This document shows, piece after piece, positions 12,872-26,200 of a stretch of 64,000 bases of DNA (position 1 is its first letter; the number at the start of each line of letters is the position of its first letter). Source of the DNA: Geosiphon pyriformis uo1 (taxonomy: Eukaryota; Fungi; Glomeromycota). The notes below the pieces were generated by a model. That model did no database searches and was not told the DNA's origin. It was given only the letters and a program-made list of their open reading frames with translations. Position numbers and translations under genes: made by a program. The stretch lies in assembly GCA_016748015.1 (NCBI GenBank), contig JAAOMT010000503.1, forward strand, positions 583,669 through 647,668, written 5' to 3'.

Positions 12872-13662
12872 TATTACAGGTGATTACTTAGAGTATTAAA
12901 GTAAGTAACAAGACCTATAACTTAGTGCTCAAGGCTGTTATTAATAATGGAATCTGAAGGTGCATTTATCTGAAGAGTTTGGTTAAGTTCTTTGTATAAT
13001 GGACAGAGATTCAGTGGTAATAGTTTTATCTATAGCTTTCTGAAACCACAGTTTTGTCAATTTTTTTCTTAGCTTGATGGCCAGTATTCTTTCTGGTAAG
13101 CTATCTTTAATCGAGTATCCTACCCTTATTTCTAGGTCTTTTACCAGTGTTATATCCTAACGTCAGTATCTCCATATAATAATCCTCTTTAACAGAGTTA
13201 GTAATAACAGTAAAACAAAAGAAAATAAAATGGAAATGAAATAAAAAAATAAGCCAAGGTGATGAATATGTTAGTATCCTATCAATAGTCATAATTAAGA
13301 GCTATTGTTCTAGGATGATTAAGTATCAATTACTATCAACATAAAGTGTTGATAGTAGAGAGTAGATTTATATGGTAAATGATTTATTTATTTAATATTT
13401 GTGGATGGAAGATTTTTAACTAAAGATTCTGCTCTTTTTACTTCTAATACTACTGCTATATATACATAATTTATGTTTTACAAGATTGCTCACATTTCCG
13501 AGCAATGTGTTATGATTTCTTGAGCAATACTCATATTGCTAAGCAATGTGCCCTAATTTTCTAATATTGCTCCACATTGCTGAGCAATGTGCTCACGTGC
13601 TACATGCTATTTGCTTATTGGTCTACTATTTCCCTATATCTGTTTTATTTCTATGAGTAACA
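12872..13662 (-). repeat. Element D 5' LTR
   Basis: T[G>A]TTACAGG...GAGTAACA, adjacent to the PBS. Confidence 0.9.
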
Positions 13663-13666
13663 GCAC

Positions 13667-14197
13667 TTAACTCTTTAATCAATTAGTAAAACAAAGAAAT
13701 GAAAACATAAAAGAAATAAAAGAAAATAAAGAAATAAACAAAAGCAATTGCAAGTTAGTATTCTGTTAATAACTGTGATCAAGAGCTATTGTTCTAGCAT
13801 AGTTAAGTATTAATTACTATCAACATGAAATGTTGATAGTGGAGAGTGGCTTTGGATGGTAAATAGTTATTTATTTGATATTTTTGAATGGAAGGTTGCT
13901 TAGATCAAATTTAAACTGAGAGATCTGTCCTTTTCTACTTTTAATACTACCACTATATATACATAATTGATGTTCTACAAGATCGCTCACATTTCTGAGC
14001 AATGTGCTATGATTTCTTGAGCAATGCTCACATTGCTGAGTGATGTGCTCTAATTTCTAACATTGTTCCACATTGCTAAGCAATGTGCCATGATTTTTGA
14101 CATTGCTTCATATTGCTGAGCAATGTGCTCACATGCTAAATACTATTCTTTTATTGGTCTGCTATTTTCTATATTTGTTTTCTTTTTATGAATAACA
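13667..14197 (-). repeat. Element C 3' LTR, U3/R-side fragment
   Basis: Matches 43290-43818; followed by the complement of the PPT. Confidence 0.9.
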
Positions 14198-14210
14198 TTA
14201 TCTTTTTTTT

Positions 14211-14846
14211 TTAATATTGAGCTCCATCAAAATCTTTATTTTGAATTAATTCCAATACTTCTTTTTCAAGTATTGTTTGTTTGACTCTGTTTTTCATATC
14301 TTCTACTTGTGTATTGTTCATTCTTCCCCATTGGTTAATGGTTATGGTTTCCATGTCAGAGTGTAACAGTATTTCTGGATAGTTTTGAAATATGTTGTGT
14401 AGTTGATATATTGTTTTAACATGTAGTGTTGAATTCATTTTCTTTCTGATAAATTCTTCAATTTGTTGTATTATGTCTTGGTTGAATATTCTCTTAGATT
14501 TGTCAGTATACAATTCCTGAATATTCAACTTCTGACCTAACTGGTAGTAACAGTATGATATTAGAAGTTGTTTTGTCTATTGCTTCCAATTTTCTTTTGT
14601 AAGTTCTTCTGTTAGTGCCATAATAAGTATTTTCCCAAAAGTGTTCTTTACTTTTTCTATTATGTTATCTGACCAGTTTTTATTATTCTTTGGTAATCAT
14701 TGATATGATGTATTCTTTGTTTTTCTTTTGGTGTTTCAATAGCAAATTGTTTAGTTGTTAACAATAATTTCCATGTCCAGAGATTGTTAACTTAAGGCCT
14801 GAGATAATTGTTGAGTTATGATATGGATATGATTTGGTATTTCTAT
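14211..14846 (-). pseudogene. Element C ORF3 (~211 codons)
   Basis: NIQELYTDKSKRIFNQ...DFDGAQY*; start ATG mutated to ATA; TATATAA upstream at ~14883. Confidence 0.8.
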
Positions 14847-14901
14847 TTTATCTTGGTTGCTTTTGTTGTGTATACTGTGCTCTTATATATTCTTTTGGTT
14901 G

Positions 14902-15427
14902 TTTAATTTGACATGTTTGGTTCAATAATTATGATTGGTTCCAGATTTTGTGGAATTTTCTCTGGTTGAATTAGTATTCTTTGTACTCCCAGTCATGGAA
15001 TGTTATTGGTGAATAATGATGTTATCTGGTGATATGGTTTCAGTCGATCATCATGTGCTGCTTTGGCTAAGATTTTGTTGTCCCATCTTAATTTATAAGC
15101 TTTATTCCCAAGTATTTCTTCTATGTGAAATGGTTCATTCTATTTGGGGTCAAATTTTCTACTCCATTGTTTTTCTGCTTTGGTACAATATAAAAGTACT
15201 TTGTTTCTAATCTTGAATTCAACTGGTTTATTTGGTAGTTGGTTATTATGTCATTTTTTTTGCTTTTCTTGTGACTTTTGTATATTGTCAGCTGCTCTTT
15301 GTCATTTGTTTTCTAGAGTTTCTATCAAGTTATATGTTCTTCTTAGCAATGTTTTCTGGAAATTATCTTCAGTTATTGGTTCTATTAGATAAGTATTGAC
15401 TTCTATCTCAATTGGTAATATTGCTGT
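14902..15427 (-). pseudogene. Element C integrase, C-terminal part (N-terminal part at 35799-36641)
   Basis: Continues YGRT|ATLP across the B insertion; GPF-like region. Confidence 0.88.
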
Positions 15428-16215
15428 TGTTACTCATAGAAATATAGAAAATATATTAGCATAATTAGTAGCCAATCAGAAGTAGACATAGTAAATATAG
15501 AATTCCAAGATTCCTCTTAAGAATTACAGGATTCCAAGAATTCCAAAATTCCTGTCGTGAAGAATCGAAGAATTGAGGAATCTCAATTATGTATATATAG
15601 CAGCAGGATTAGAAGCTAAAAAGACAAACCTCTTAGTGTAGATTAATCTAAGCAACCTTCCAATTCCCAATTATCAAATAAATAATTATTTTATATCTCA
15701 ATTCACTCTTCGCTATCAACATGAAGTGTTGATAGTAATTAATACTTAACTACGCTGGAACAATAGCTCTTGATCATGGCTATTGATGAGATACTAACTT
15801 ACCAAATTGCCTTGGCTTATCTTCATTGTTATTTTCTTTATTTTATTTCTTTCTTTCTTTAATTTTGTTGTGCCTACTAATTGATTGAAGATTAAAAGCG
15901 CTGAGTTATTGACATCACGGATAGTCTGATAAAAGACCCAGAAATAAGGGTAGATTTATATATATTATCAGTTAGCTTACCAGAAGAGCACAACTGCCAG
16001 AATAAATCCAGCCACCAAGCTAAAAAGAAATTGGAAAACAACTGACAACAAACGACAAATTGCCGCACTATCAGATCTCTGTTCATTATACAAAAGACTT
16101 CATCAAAACCTTCAGATACAACATTTGTAGAATATCATCGACAGAAATAGCTTTTTGAGCACCAAGTTACAGGTTTGTTATTTGACTTGAGACTCCAAAT
16201 AATTCAACTGTAACA
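15428..16215 (+). repeat. Element B 5' LTR (TATA ~15593, AATAAA ~15677)
   Basis: TGTTACTCATAG...CTGTAACA. Confidence 0.93.
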
Positions 16216-16217
16216 TT

Positions 16218-16234
16218 TGGTGCTCCCTGTGAGG
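16218..16234 (+). promoter_or_regulatory. Primer-binding site of B
   Basis: TGGTGCTCCCTGTGAGG, complementary to a tRNA 3' end ...CCUCACAGGGAGCACCA. Confidence 0.85.
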
Positions 16235-16277
16235 TATAATTCTACAGAGAACCAGCACCAACAACACCAAACCAAAA

Positions 16278-19200
16278 GTGGCAGAATCAGAAATAATAGG
16301 GACAAATCATCTAGGATTTGCAAAATCCTTATTTCAACAGTACAGCCAGCAGCTAGACCTAAACGACAATCATTACCCAGCAGAATCAGCTTTCAACTTT
16401 TACATCAATGAAAGAATCACAGATTTCCTAGAAAGACCAGTTGATATTGAATCAGCAAGAGAAAATTTCTATTTGGAACTAATTTAACACACCAACTTAC
16501 CCAGAAATCACAGTTTTGCACTCATCATTAGAGAAATCAACCAAAAAATTGAAAGATATACACAAAGAACATTCTCTATTACTTATCAGAACAAAAGCAA
16601 AGAAAAACTACAGACACCAGCAGTAACACCCAAAGGAATACAAATTCCTAATTGGAAGAAACAAAGAATCGAATCTCTGATATATCCATCATACTATTAC
16701 ATGTCTGGAAGTACCATCAACATCACATCAGCAGACGCGTCCACTAGTACAAAGACGCCGCTAGCAAGAATTGCATTTCAGAGTAAACAAAAAAAAAATA
16801 AACTATTAGGAGCATATAGCAATTATTTTGAAGGATTTAAATTGAGATTACCAACACCATTAGGATTTTGATTACTGCCTCATCAGCCAGATTTCAGAAC
16901 TGTTAGTCCTTAAGAAATTACTGAATCAGAAGAAAAAGAAGATGAGGATCAAGAATTTAATTACCAAAACCCGATCCTAAAAGACCTGAACATTCAAACT
17001 CAGCAACATTTAGAAAATTCGAAAATTGAAACTCCAAATATTCAAACCCCACCAAATCAAAAAAATCAAAACCCCAAGTTAATTCATTAGCAAAATCTAC
17101 CTTCAGTTATTGTCATTGATCAACCACCAATTGAGCTGATCAGTGAGCCAATTCAACCACCTCAAGTACCACCTCAACAACTGTTATCTCTTCAACAACC
17201 ACTTCAACAGCCACCACAACCACCTAACTTAGATCCAATGGTCTACACACCAATTGCAAAACTTGACAACTTTACTGGCAAAGAGGACAATGCTCAAGTA
17301 TGGCTGAATGATGTAGAAAAGGCCATCACAGCCAATAGATAGAATGAGGCTCAGGCAATGCAAGCCATTTCCTACTTTCTCAAAGATACTGCCAATTCAT
17401 GGTACTAGAGCTTGATTAATAAACCACAAGATTTCGAGGCCTTTAAAGAGGAATTCCTAAGATACTTTAGCAACAATAACAGCATCAATTGCCTGGTCAA
17501 CACATTCACCACCATAAAACAAGGAGAAACTGAAGCAGTCACCACTTATCTGAGATGCTTTCATCGAAATCTGCGCCAAATTCAAGCAATTGATGCCAAC
17601 TATTTCACAGTACCACAGATCCTCAACCAGTTTATCTGTGGCCTGTGCAGTAGCATTCTGCAACATGTACATTTGTTGCATCCAGGTACACTTCAAGACG
17701 CAGTCACATATGCCAGAGATTTTGAATTCACTGAGTCAAAGGCCAACTATGCCCAAGTCATTAATCTAGTAATGAACGGATCATCTGAATTGGATTCCAA
17801 ATTGGAGAAGTTCAGTGAATTAATTAATAAGAGATTAGAAGGATACTTAGCTGACAATCATGCCATTTATCAGTCTTCACAATGATGCAATAATCAAGGA
17901 AACTCTAATTGTGGCCAAAATCAACCACGTCCATCTTCATCAACCAATCAACAGTGGCAACAGAAAATGCATATTGCCACTATTGTAGTAAACAAGGACA
18001 TATTCAAATCAACTGCTGCCAGCATTTAAATAACCAACAATTGGGAAATCAATATCAAAACCCCGATCACTGGTTCTCAACTCCAAATTATCAATCAAAC
18101 TCAACACAATATCAAACTACTTACCTGCCAATAACACAGCAATTAATTTATCAACCACCAGTATATCAAGCTCCAATTTATCAACCAATGGTCCCAATTT
18201 ATCAGCCATAGTCACAGATAATATATCAACCGCAGTCGTCAACAATCTATCAATCCCAAACAATTTAGATCCTGCCACAAAACTTACTGGCCAGCAGAGT
18301 CCAAAGACCAAAAATCATGCAGCAAAACTGGAGATTGTTAATGGTAGTTCATCAACTGATCCCCTGCTCCTTCAATCAAACAGGATCTCATCAACAGAAT
18401 TCAGGCACTGGGAATCCCCAAAATCTGAATTCCCAGGACTATTTAAGTCTCCTGGTTACCCCAAAAGACGCCTCACCCAGCAACCAGAAACCCACCCAAA
18501 ACCACCAAACATATACCAGCAATATTCCACCAGCAACAGTCACCAATAATGAATCACTGGACGCCATTTTTCCATTTGAACTCGAGGAACTGTCAACCAC
18601 GCCATTATTTAGTAGAGCCGCACTGAAAGAAAAACCAATTACCACCATGTACACTGATGTGAAAATTGATGGCCATCCCATCAAACTAATACTTGACAAT
18701 GGTTCAGCAGACAGCATCATTACATAACAACTCATGGATCAATTAGGTTGCCAAGTTGATTGAGCTGCTAGCACCAGAATTATCATGGCTGATGGAGCGA
18801 CCAAGACTCCAATTAGCAAAATTAATGACTTACCAATTGAAATTAACGGCATCATAATACCAATCAAAGTACTCATTATGGAAGCCACCCAATACCAAAC
18901 TCTAGTTGGTAATGACTGGCTGTTCAAAATGAACGCCATTCTGGACTGAAATACACAAAAGCTTTAACTCAGCCAGAACGGGCAACACATGCAAGTACCA
19001 GCAACATGTGGCCACTTCAAGACTACCAACACCATGGCACCACTAATTGACTTTGAGAAAGAAAAACCAAAACCTACCTGAGAAGCCTACCAAGTATTGT
19101 GGGCTGACAAAGAACACAACAAGCTGCCACTAATACTCTTTTGGGATGACAATAGGAAAGAAAAGCAAACAAACAAACTTACCTGGAAAACTGACAATCT

Positions 19201-22200
19201 GACTTGGACCGACAACAAACAAGAAAAAGCCTCCAGTTGGAAATGGAACAAAAATAAGGGAAAAGGAAAAGAAAAAAAAAAAGGAATGCCACCAACTGCT
19301 GCTATTTATAATTCCTACACCCATCACACTCCACAACAATCCAATTATTGACAGCCAAGGCTTGTATGCGTCGATTGTGGCAAGAAACTGTCATCAATGG
19401 GTACATGCTGTGGTGACAATGAGGAATACCACACCACAACAAAGTTCTACTGTTATCTATGCTTACTTGAATGCTTTGGATGACCAAAGTAGCAAGAAAA
19501 ATGGAATAACCAACCTTGTCTTGCTTGTGGGGAGACCCTGCTAGATGAAAGGATGTGGAACAACATTCCAGGACGTGGAGGAATGTGCGATGTGTCGTGT
19601 CAATACATGATTTTAATAAGTGACTGGGTAAAGAAAAAAACACCAATAGAAGCAGCCTGGAGAAGAGCCGTGCAGCAACTGGACAGTTGTCCACATGACA
19701 ATGATGAAATTTGGAGAATGGCAATCAGCAAAATAGAAGGAGCAACACCCAAAGAGATTAGAGAAATCAAAAACAACCCACCAGAACCCATTGAGCTTGA
19801 CTGGGACACAAAACCAGTCATAAATTTTCTGAAACCAGAAGAGTTCCATGAACACTACCAAAACTTGGCACCCACTAGAAAAGAGCAAGAACAATGGCTA
19901 GCACAGTTGAATACAAGACTGTGTTGCCATTGTTTAATTCTCAGTGACTTTGAATATTGTGATAATTGTGACCTCATTTACAATCCACCACCATGCATGA
20001 TCTACACAATCCCTAAAGAGGAAAGACCAATTAGCAGCTGCACATCGGAGTTGGAATTGCCGCTCAATCCTGATTCAAACCCTGACAATGACAACAATGA
20101 GAATAATGGTTCCAGCTCTGTTCAAAATGGCAATGACAATAACAATGATATCAAATCAGATTCAAACTCTGACTCAAACTATAGACAATATATTGTGCTT
20201 TCTGACCTCACTAAAAAACAAGAACTGAAATGGTTCAGCAATAATAATAAAGGGATTATGCTGGAACACACACACAATACTGATGCAGAATTTGATCTAA
20301 AATATCCAGGAACAGAAGCCATCAAATTGGAACCACATATGCACATTTGTATCAATTTGAAAATAGCACTAGAAATTCCAGCAACAACAATGGTTTAATT
20401 AGCATTTAAGAGTAGTTTAGCAAAAAGAGAGATTAATATAAGAGGAGGAATAATTGATGTGGGATATGTAGGAAATATCATCACTATGCTACAAAATGAC
20501 TTAAACAAGGCCTATATAATAGAGTTGAATAAAAAAATAGCACAGACAATATTCTTACCTTTGGTTAAGATAGCTTAGTTAGTACCAGTGGGAAACAGGG
20601 AAGAGTTAAGAATAACAGCAAGAAGGATACAGGAATTTGGGTCAACGGATAGAATAGATATACCAGTTAATATGGCAGAAGAAGAAATTGTTGGCCAAGG
20701 AGAAATTATTTCAATTGGTCAAGCTATTTCCATTTTACCATATAGTCAGTACATACTAGCAATAGAAAGGAAGAAAAAGGAGCAAGAACAGATATTTGAA
20801 GCTGAAGCAAGTCTTTGTGAATCAGGAGAGATGGAACTGATTAATCTCCACATACCAGCCAAAAGCTATAGCTACATAAAAATTCCCATCTACAACAACA
20901 CTGACAATGTTATCAACATACCAGAAGGAACCACCATCGGATATTTAACCACAGAAATAGAAGACCAACCACCAAACTCCATTCCAGACTTTCCACAACT
21001 TTGTGGATATGTCGATATTACATCACAAACAATTTATGGACGAGACAAATATTATTTACTCCAACCAGAACAATTGGAACAAATGAACATGGGAAACTTA
21101 GATCCACTCCAACGTATGCAGCTCAAGATGTTGCTCAACAATTTCAAAGACATCTTTGCCAGTGAAAACGAGTTTGGCCGAACTGACATCATCCAGCATT
21201 AGATCAAGACTGGAGATGTAATGTCAATCAAACAAAAAGCATACAGAGTGCTACCAGCCAGCCACGAGATTATTCGTCAAGAGATAAACCAAATGCTTGA
21301 CAATGAGTTAATTCAACCATCAATGAACCCATGGTCATCACTAGTAGTACTTGTTTGTAAAAAAAATAGGAAAATCCAATTTTGTGTGGACTACAGGAAA
21401 CTCAACAGTGTAACTCGTGGAGACAGCTATTCAACTCTACGAATACAGGAATTATTTGATGCTTTCGGTGGAAACAAATAGTTCTCAACATTAGACTTGA
21501 ACAGTGGTTATTGACAAGTAGCCATAAATTCAGCTGACAAAGAGAAGACAGCATTTACCACTAGAGAAGGGAATTTCAAATTTGAAGTGATGCCATTTGG
21601 CTTAACCAATGCCCCAGCCACTTTCCAATGGCTAATGGAAATTGTTTATACTGGCTTATTATGGAAATTAGTAGTTGTATACTTGGATAACACCAATGTA
21701 TTCTCAAAAACATTTGATGATCACTTTCATCATCTTCAATAAGTGTTCGAAAGATTAAGAAGAGTAGGACTAAAGTTAAATGCAACAAAGTGCTTCTTTG
21801 GCAAAACAGAACTAAAATTCTTGAGACACATATTCAGTAAAGACGGCATCAAAACGGATCCAGAGAAAATAGAGATAGTAAAGAACTTTTCAGTACCAAC
21901 CAATGTGACTGAATTGAAATCATTCTTGGGATTTGCGAGCTATTATTGATGCTTTATAAAGAACTTTTCAAAGATAGCTCAACCACTCAATAATCTGCAA
22001 ACCAAGAATACCAAATATAAATGAACAGAAAGTCAACAAGAAGCTTTTGATATTCTGAAAAGAAAGCTCATTCAAGCTCCAGTACTGATCTACTCAGATT
22101 ACAACAAATCATTCATCATTACTACCAATGCATCAGACCAAGCATTGGGAGCAGTACTATCTCAGAAGGAATCAGATGGCAGAGAACATCCAGTAGCATA

Positions 22201-22325
22201 TGCCAGCCGAGGTCTAACACCAGCCAAAAAGAACTATGGAACACCAGAACTAGAATATTTAGCAATCTATTGGGCAGTCATGAAGTGGAATGAATACTTG
22301 AGCCAAAAGTTTGATATATACACAG
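16278..22325 (+). pseudogene. Element B gag-pol (gag with zinc knuckle, PR ~18680, Cys-rich ~19350-19990, dUTPase ~20230-20650, RT, RNase H up to the E insertion)
   Basis: CHYCSKQGHIQINC; LILDNGSA; DAEFDL/RSSLA/GGIIDVGYVG/EFGST; FCVDYRKLN; DASDQALGAVL; one frame apart from a 1-bp loss near 17972. Confidence 0.92.
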
Positions 22326-23193
22326 TGTTATGGTTTAAGAATTTAGCAAAAAGAATCATAAAAATAATACAAACTATTCAATCATAATATAGCACAGTAA
22401 TAATCTTAGAAAGGTAATGATTAACATAGTAGCAAACACCATCTCACTATAGTGACAAGTACCAGTTCACAATAGCAGCCAACACCAACTGGTGATAGGA
22501 GCAAACACCAGATTGAAATATCAAAAAGAAATTATTACAATGTGTTTTCTCATAGAACTACAAACATGTATATATACAGTAGTTTTAATATTGGGAAATA
22601 ATCAATCAAGTAATAAAAATCATAACTTATCAAGCAATAGATCCAATTTTATCCAACAAACTTTACTTTAAATTATATTTTCAAATTAAATATCCCAAGA
22701 AATCTTTAAATCAAAAAGAAATGAAAAAGAATATTTAAAACTGAATTATCACAACCCAAAGTATTAAGAAACTTACTTGTATTATTTATTGAATGAAACT
22801 ATCATTCATCAACTAAATTCCTTGGAAGAATAATCCTTGATCAAGATTATTTACGTTGTTACTAATTAATAAAAGCTTTATTGTAAGAATTAGAAAAGCA
22901 CTAAAGACCATTAACATTCTGTGTTTCTAGATTAGAGAAACACATTAGGCAATTGCAAGGATAGCCTCAGAGAAGACCCCAGACAGTGGGTAGATTTCAG
23001 TTCAGTCTCTGAGAAGGAGTACATAAACACACACAACAATCAAAGAATAACTTATATCACAACAGTAAAAAGAAAACCTTCAGTGTAACAGTAACATTAT
23101 CACACAAATAGAATTGAGGAACTCACGAAAGACTGATTGCAATTAAAACAGAATATCAGCAATTAAATATAACAAGAAAACCATCCCGTAACA
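22326..23193 (+). repeat. Element E 5' LTR
   Basis: TGTTATGG...CCCGTAACA; second half repeated at 30861-31295; degenerate PBS TGATGAACCCTATGAG follows. Confidence 0.9.
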
Positions 23194-23275
23194 TTTGATG
23201 AACCCTATGAGAAAAGAAAATCAAAAAGAAAATAATAATTAGCAATAATTCATTGCTAAAAAAGAAGAGACAAAA

Positions 23276-26200
23276 GTGGTGACAAAAACCCCTAATCTTA
23301 CTGTTCTTGAATTCTGCCGTGCTATTTACACACAAAATCAAAGTGATCTTGAATTACCAGAAGGGTGTTGTCCAGCAGAATCTGCCCTCACTTATTATAT
23401 CAATGCCAGAATAAATTATCATATAGGAAAGGAAGAAGAGCCACACGACACAAAACTTGGATTGTATAGAGAATTATCACAATACACTACAAAAGAAGTA
23501 GCAGTAATAGCCACAACTATTGTCAAAATCCATCGAAAAATTGAACAATATGCCAATAAAAATTTTCCAATATCCACAGGAAACACTAGGGAACATGCCA
23601 ACAAAACCAAAGAAAATTTAGAAACTAATCAAGAAAGTAACCAGCAAAAACTAGGAACACCAGCTCAAACGCCAAAGAAAACTGTTACTCAATCAATAAA
23701 GAAACAACATATTTATTTACCAGAAGATAAATCATACCATTTTTCACCAGAAAATAAGATACAAATTCCATTAGGAGCTGCATCATCATCAACATTAACT
23801 CCACAAACGCCAAGAACTTCTAATTATACAGATAAAATTAAACAACGTAACTGGGGAGACATACCAATTACAGGAGGATATTCATCACTATTCCAAAACC
23901 CTCTTTTTCAGCCAAAATTTAGAACGGGGTTTGAAAACCGTAAAGAGAAGTCTGAATTGGAATCCGAAAAAGAGACCAGCGAAGAAACAATCACAAGACC
24001 AGTCACTGGAACAAGCAGCCAGTCCAGAAACCAAGAAACTCATGATCAAGAGGAAGAACCAGATATAAGAGAAGCCACCTTTAGGAATGCTCAAGGAAAT
24101 ATTATCCCACCTCCTCTTAGACCAATAAACCCACCAGCAGAAAACGGCAACGAAATAACTACACCATATATTGCAAGACTAACAGATTTCTCAGGAGAGG
24201 AAGAAGAAACGGACGTGTACACATGGCTCAGAGAAGCACAAAAAGCCATCCAAGCAAATAACTGGAATGACCAAAGAGCAATTCAAACATTACCTTTCTT
24301 TCTGAAAAGCACAGCCGACTCGTGGTATCAAAGCCTGGAAACAAAACCCACGAGCTTCGCTGAATTTAAAAATGCACTCCTGGAGTATTTTAGCGACCCA
24401 AACGCCGTAATCCAACTACAAAATGAATTCAATACTATCAAGCAAAATACCGGTAAAACTGTCACCCAATACTTTGCTCAATTCAATTGAATTTGCCGTC
24501 AGATTGAAGCAATTGAACAAAGATACTACACTGATCCTCAGGTTTTAAATCAGTTTATTAAAAGATTAAAAAGCAGCATTTTAGAAAGAGTATGCCCTGT
24601 CCACCCTAATTCCTTACCAGAAGCCGTTATGCTTGCCAGAGCCCTTAAATCGGCTGAGAAAGAAGCTAACCATAGTCAAATAGTTAACATGGTAATGAAG
24701 GAAAATAAAACAGAAACATTAGAGAAAAGAGTAATGCGATTAGGGGAGGAACTCTCTAAGAAAATAAAAAGTTACCTCATCCCGGATCCAAAAAAAAATA
24801 CATACCAACCACCCCAAAGATGCAGCCAGGAAGTCAGCGACAGTCAAAATAATTGCTCGTTGCACCAGGAATTCAGAACAGAAACACATGCCTGCCATTT
24901 TTGCAAACGTGTAGAACATTTGATTAGTCAATGTCGAATGCGAATGATGCAGGAAGCACGCAAAAATAATTACTATGTGCCACCCCAAATGCCCAAAAAC
25001 CAGTACACGCCAATACCATGCCAATATCCCACCACGTATCAAAATCAAGGAGCTTACCAGCAACAGTCCATGATAGCCAACCTGAATTGGTGTCCCAAGG
25101 CCCGAAATCAGCCCATGTAGAACCAGAATGCATTGATCCAGAGGAATCCAAACCGCGCCAGAACCAATCAGCAAACCAATCCAAACTACCAAAATTATCA
25201 ACAAACTTACCTTAATATACCAAAAAATCTGATCATTGGAAACAATGATGGTAGAAACATAAACAGAACCAAGAATTCCTTCAAATTGAGCCAGACAATA
25301 CCACCAGCAGTTGCCACCGAAGATAGCAGCCTCGCAGCTATTTTTCTTTTTGAATTAGAGGAAAATGAGGCTATGTTCAGTGGAGCAGCATTGGACAAAA
25401 AACGCCCAATCACTGCTATGTATATGGAAGTTACTGTAAACAATACCCCAATCAAACTTATCTTAGACAGTGGATCTGCTGGAAGCATCGTAATGCTTTA
25501 ACTAGTAAACCAACTGGGTTTCAAAGTTAATCGTGCCGCAACGTCCCAAATCATAACAGCCGATGGAAGTACAAAGCTGCCTTATGGCAAAATCGACTCA
25601 TTCCCTTTCGAAATTAATGGCATAGTAATATCTACAAAAGTATTAGTAATGGATGCTACACAATATCAAGCATTAGTAGGGAATGACTGGCTAACAAAAG
25701 CCAACGCCACCTTAGACTGGACCACCCAAGAGCTTCTGATCAATTATAATAGCCACCAGGCCAAAATTCCAGCCACCTGTGGCCACTTCCAAAAACCCAG
25801 CGCCAACCAAAGACCTACTTTCGAATTTGAGGAAAATCCAGCACTACCAGCCATCGAAACCTATCAGCTCTCTTGGACTGATAACCAAAGAACAGGACTA
25901 CCAGCCGTACCAATGTGGACCAGCAAAGAAAAATCCAAATGGAACCAGGTAAGTTCACGAAGAAACCATCAGCAACGCAGACCAAAGCTAGAATGCTCGG
26001 TTTGCAAGAAAAAACTCTCATCTATGATTGCATGCAGCGCACTGGATAAAGACCCAAGAAATCTCACCCACTACTATTGTAACCATTGTAACAAAGAAAA
26101 ATACAGTTACCCAGAAAGACACGAAAAATGGGACGAGGAACCATGCCTCGCTTGTGGAGAACCGTTACCAAGAGGGTGCGACTGGAATGACATACCAGGC

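Larger units (their letters stand above)
3187..13662 (-). mobile_element. Ty3/Gypsy element D inserted in the 3' LTR of C
   Basis: LTRs 3187-4017 and 12872-13662; PBS 12853-12869; PPT ~4442-4457; TSD GTGC/GCAC; full set of decayed gag-pol, IN and ORF3 fragments. Confidence 0.88.

Noticed and set aside
16173-16247. 75-nt intron (CAG|GTTTGT...CTACAG|) removing the PBS and joining an LTR exon to gag
   Set aside because: In frame for B only; C lacks the GT and AG, D would need another phase, and no upstream AUG exon was found
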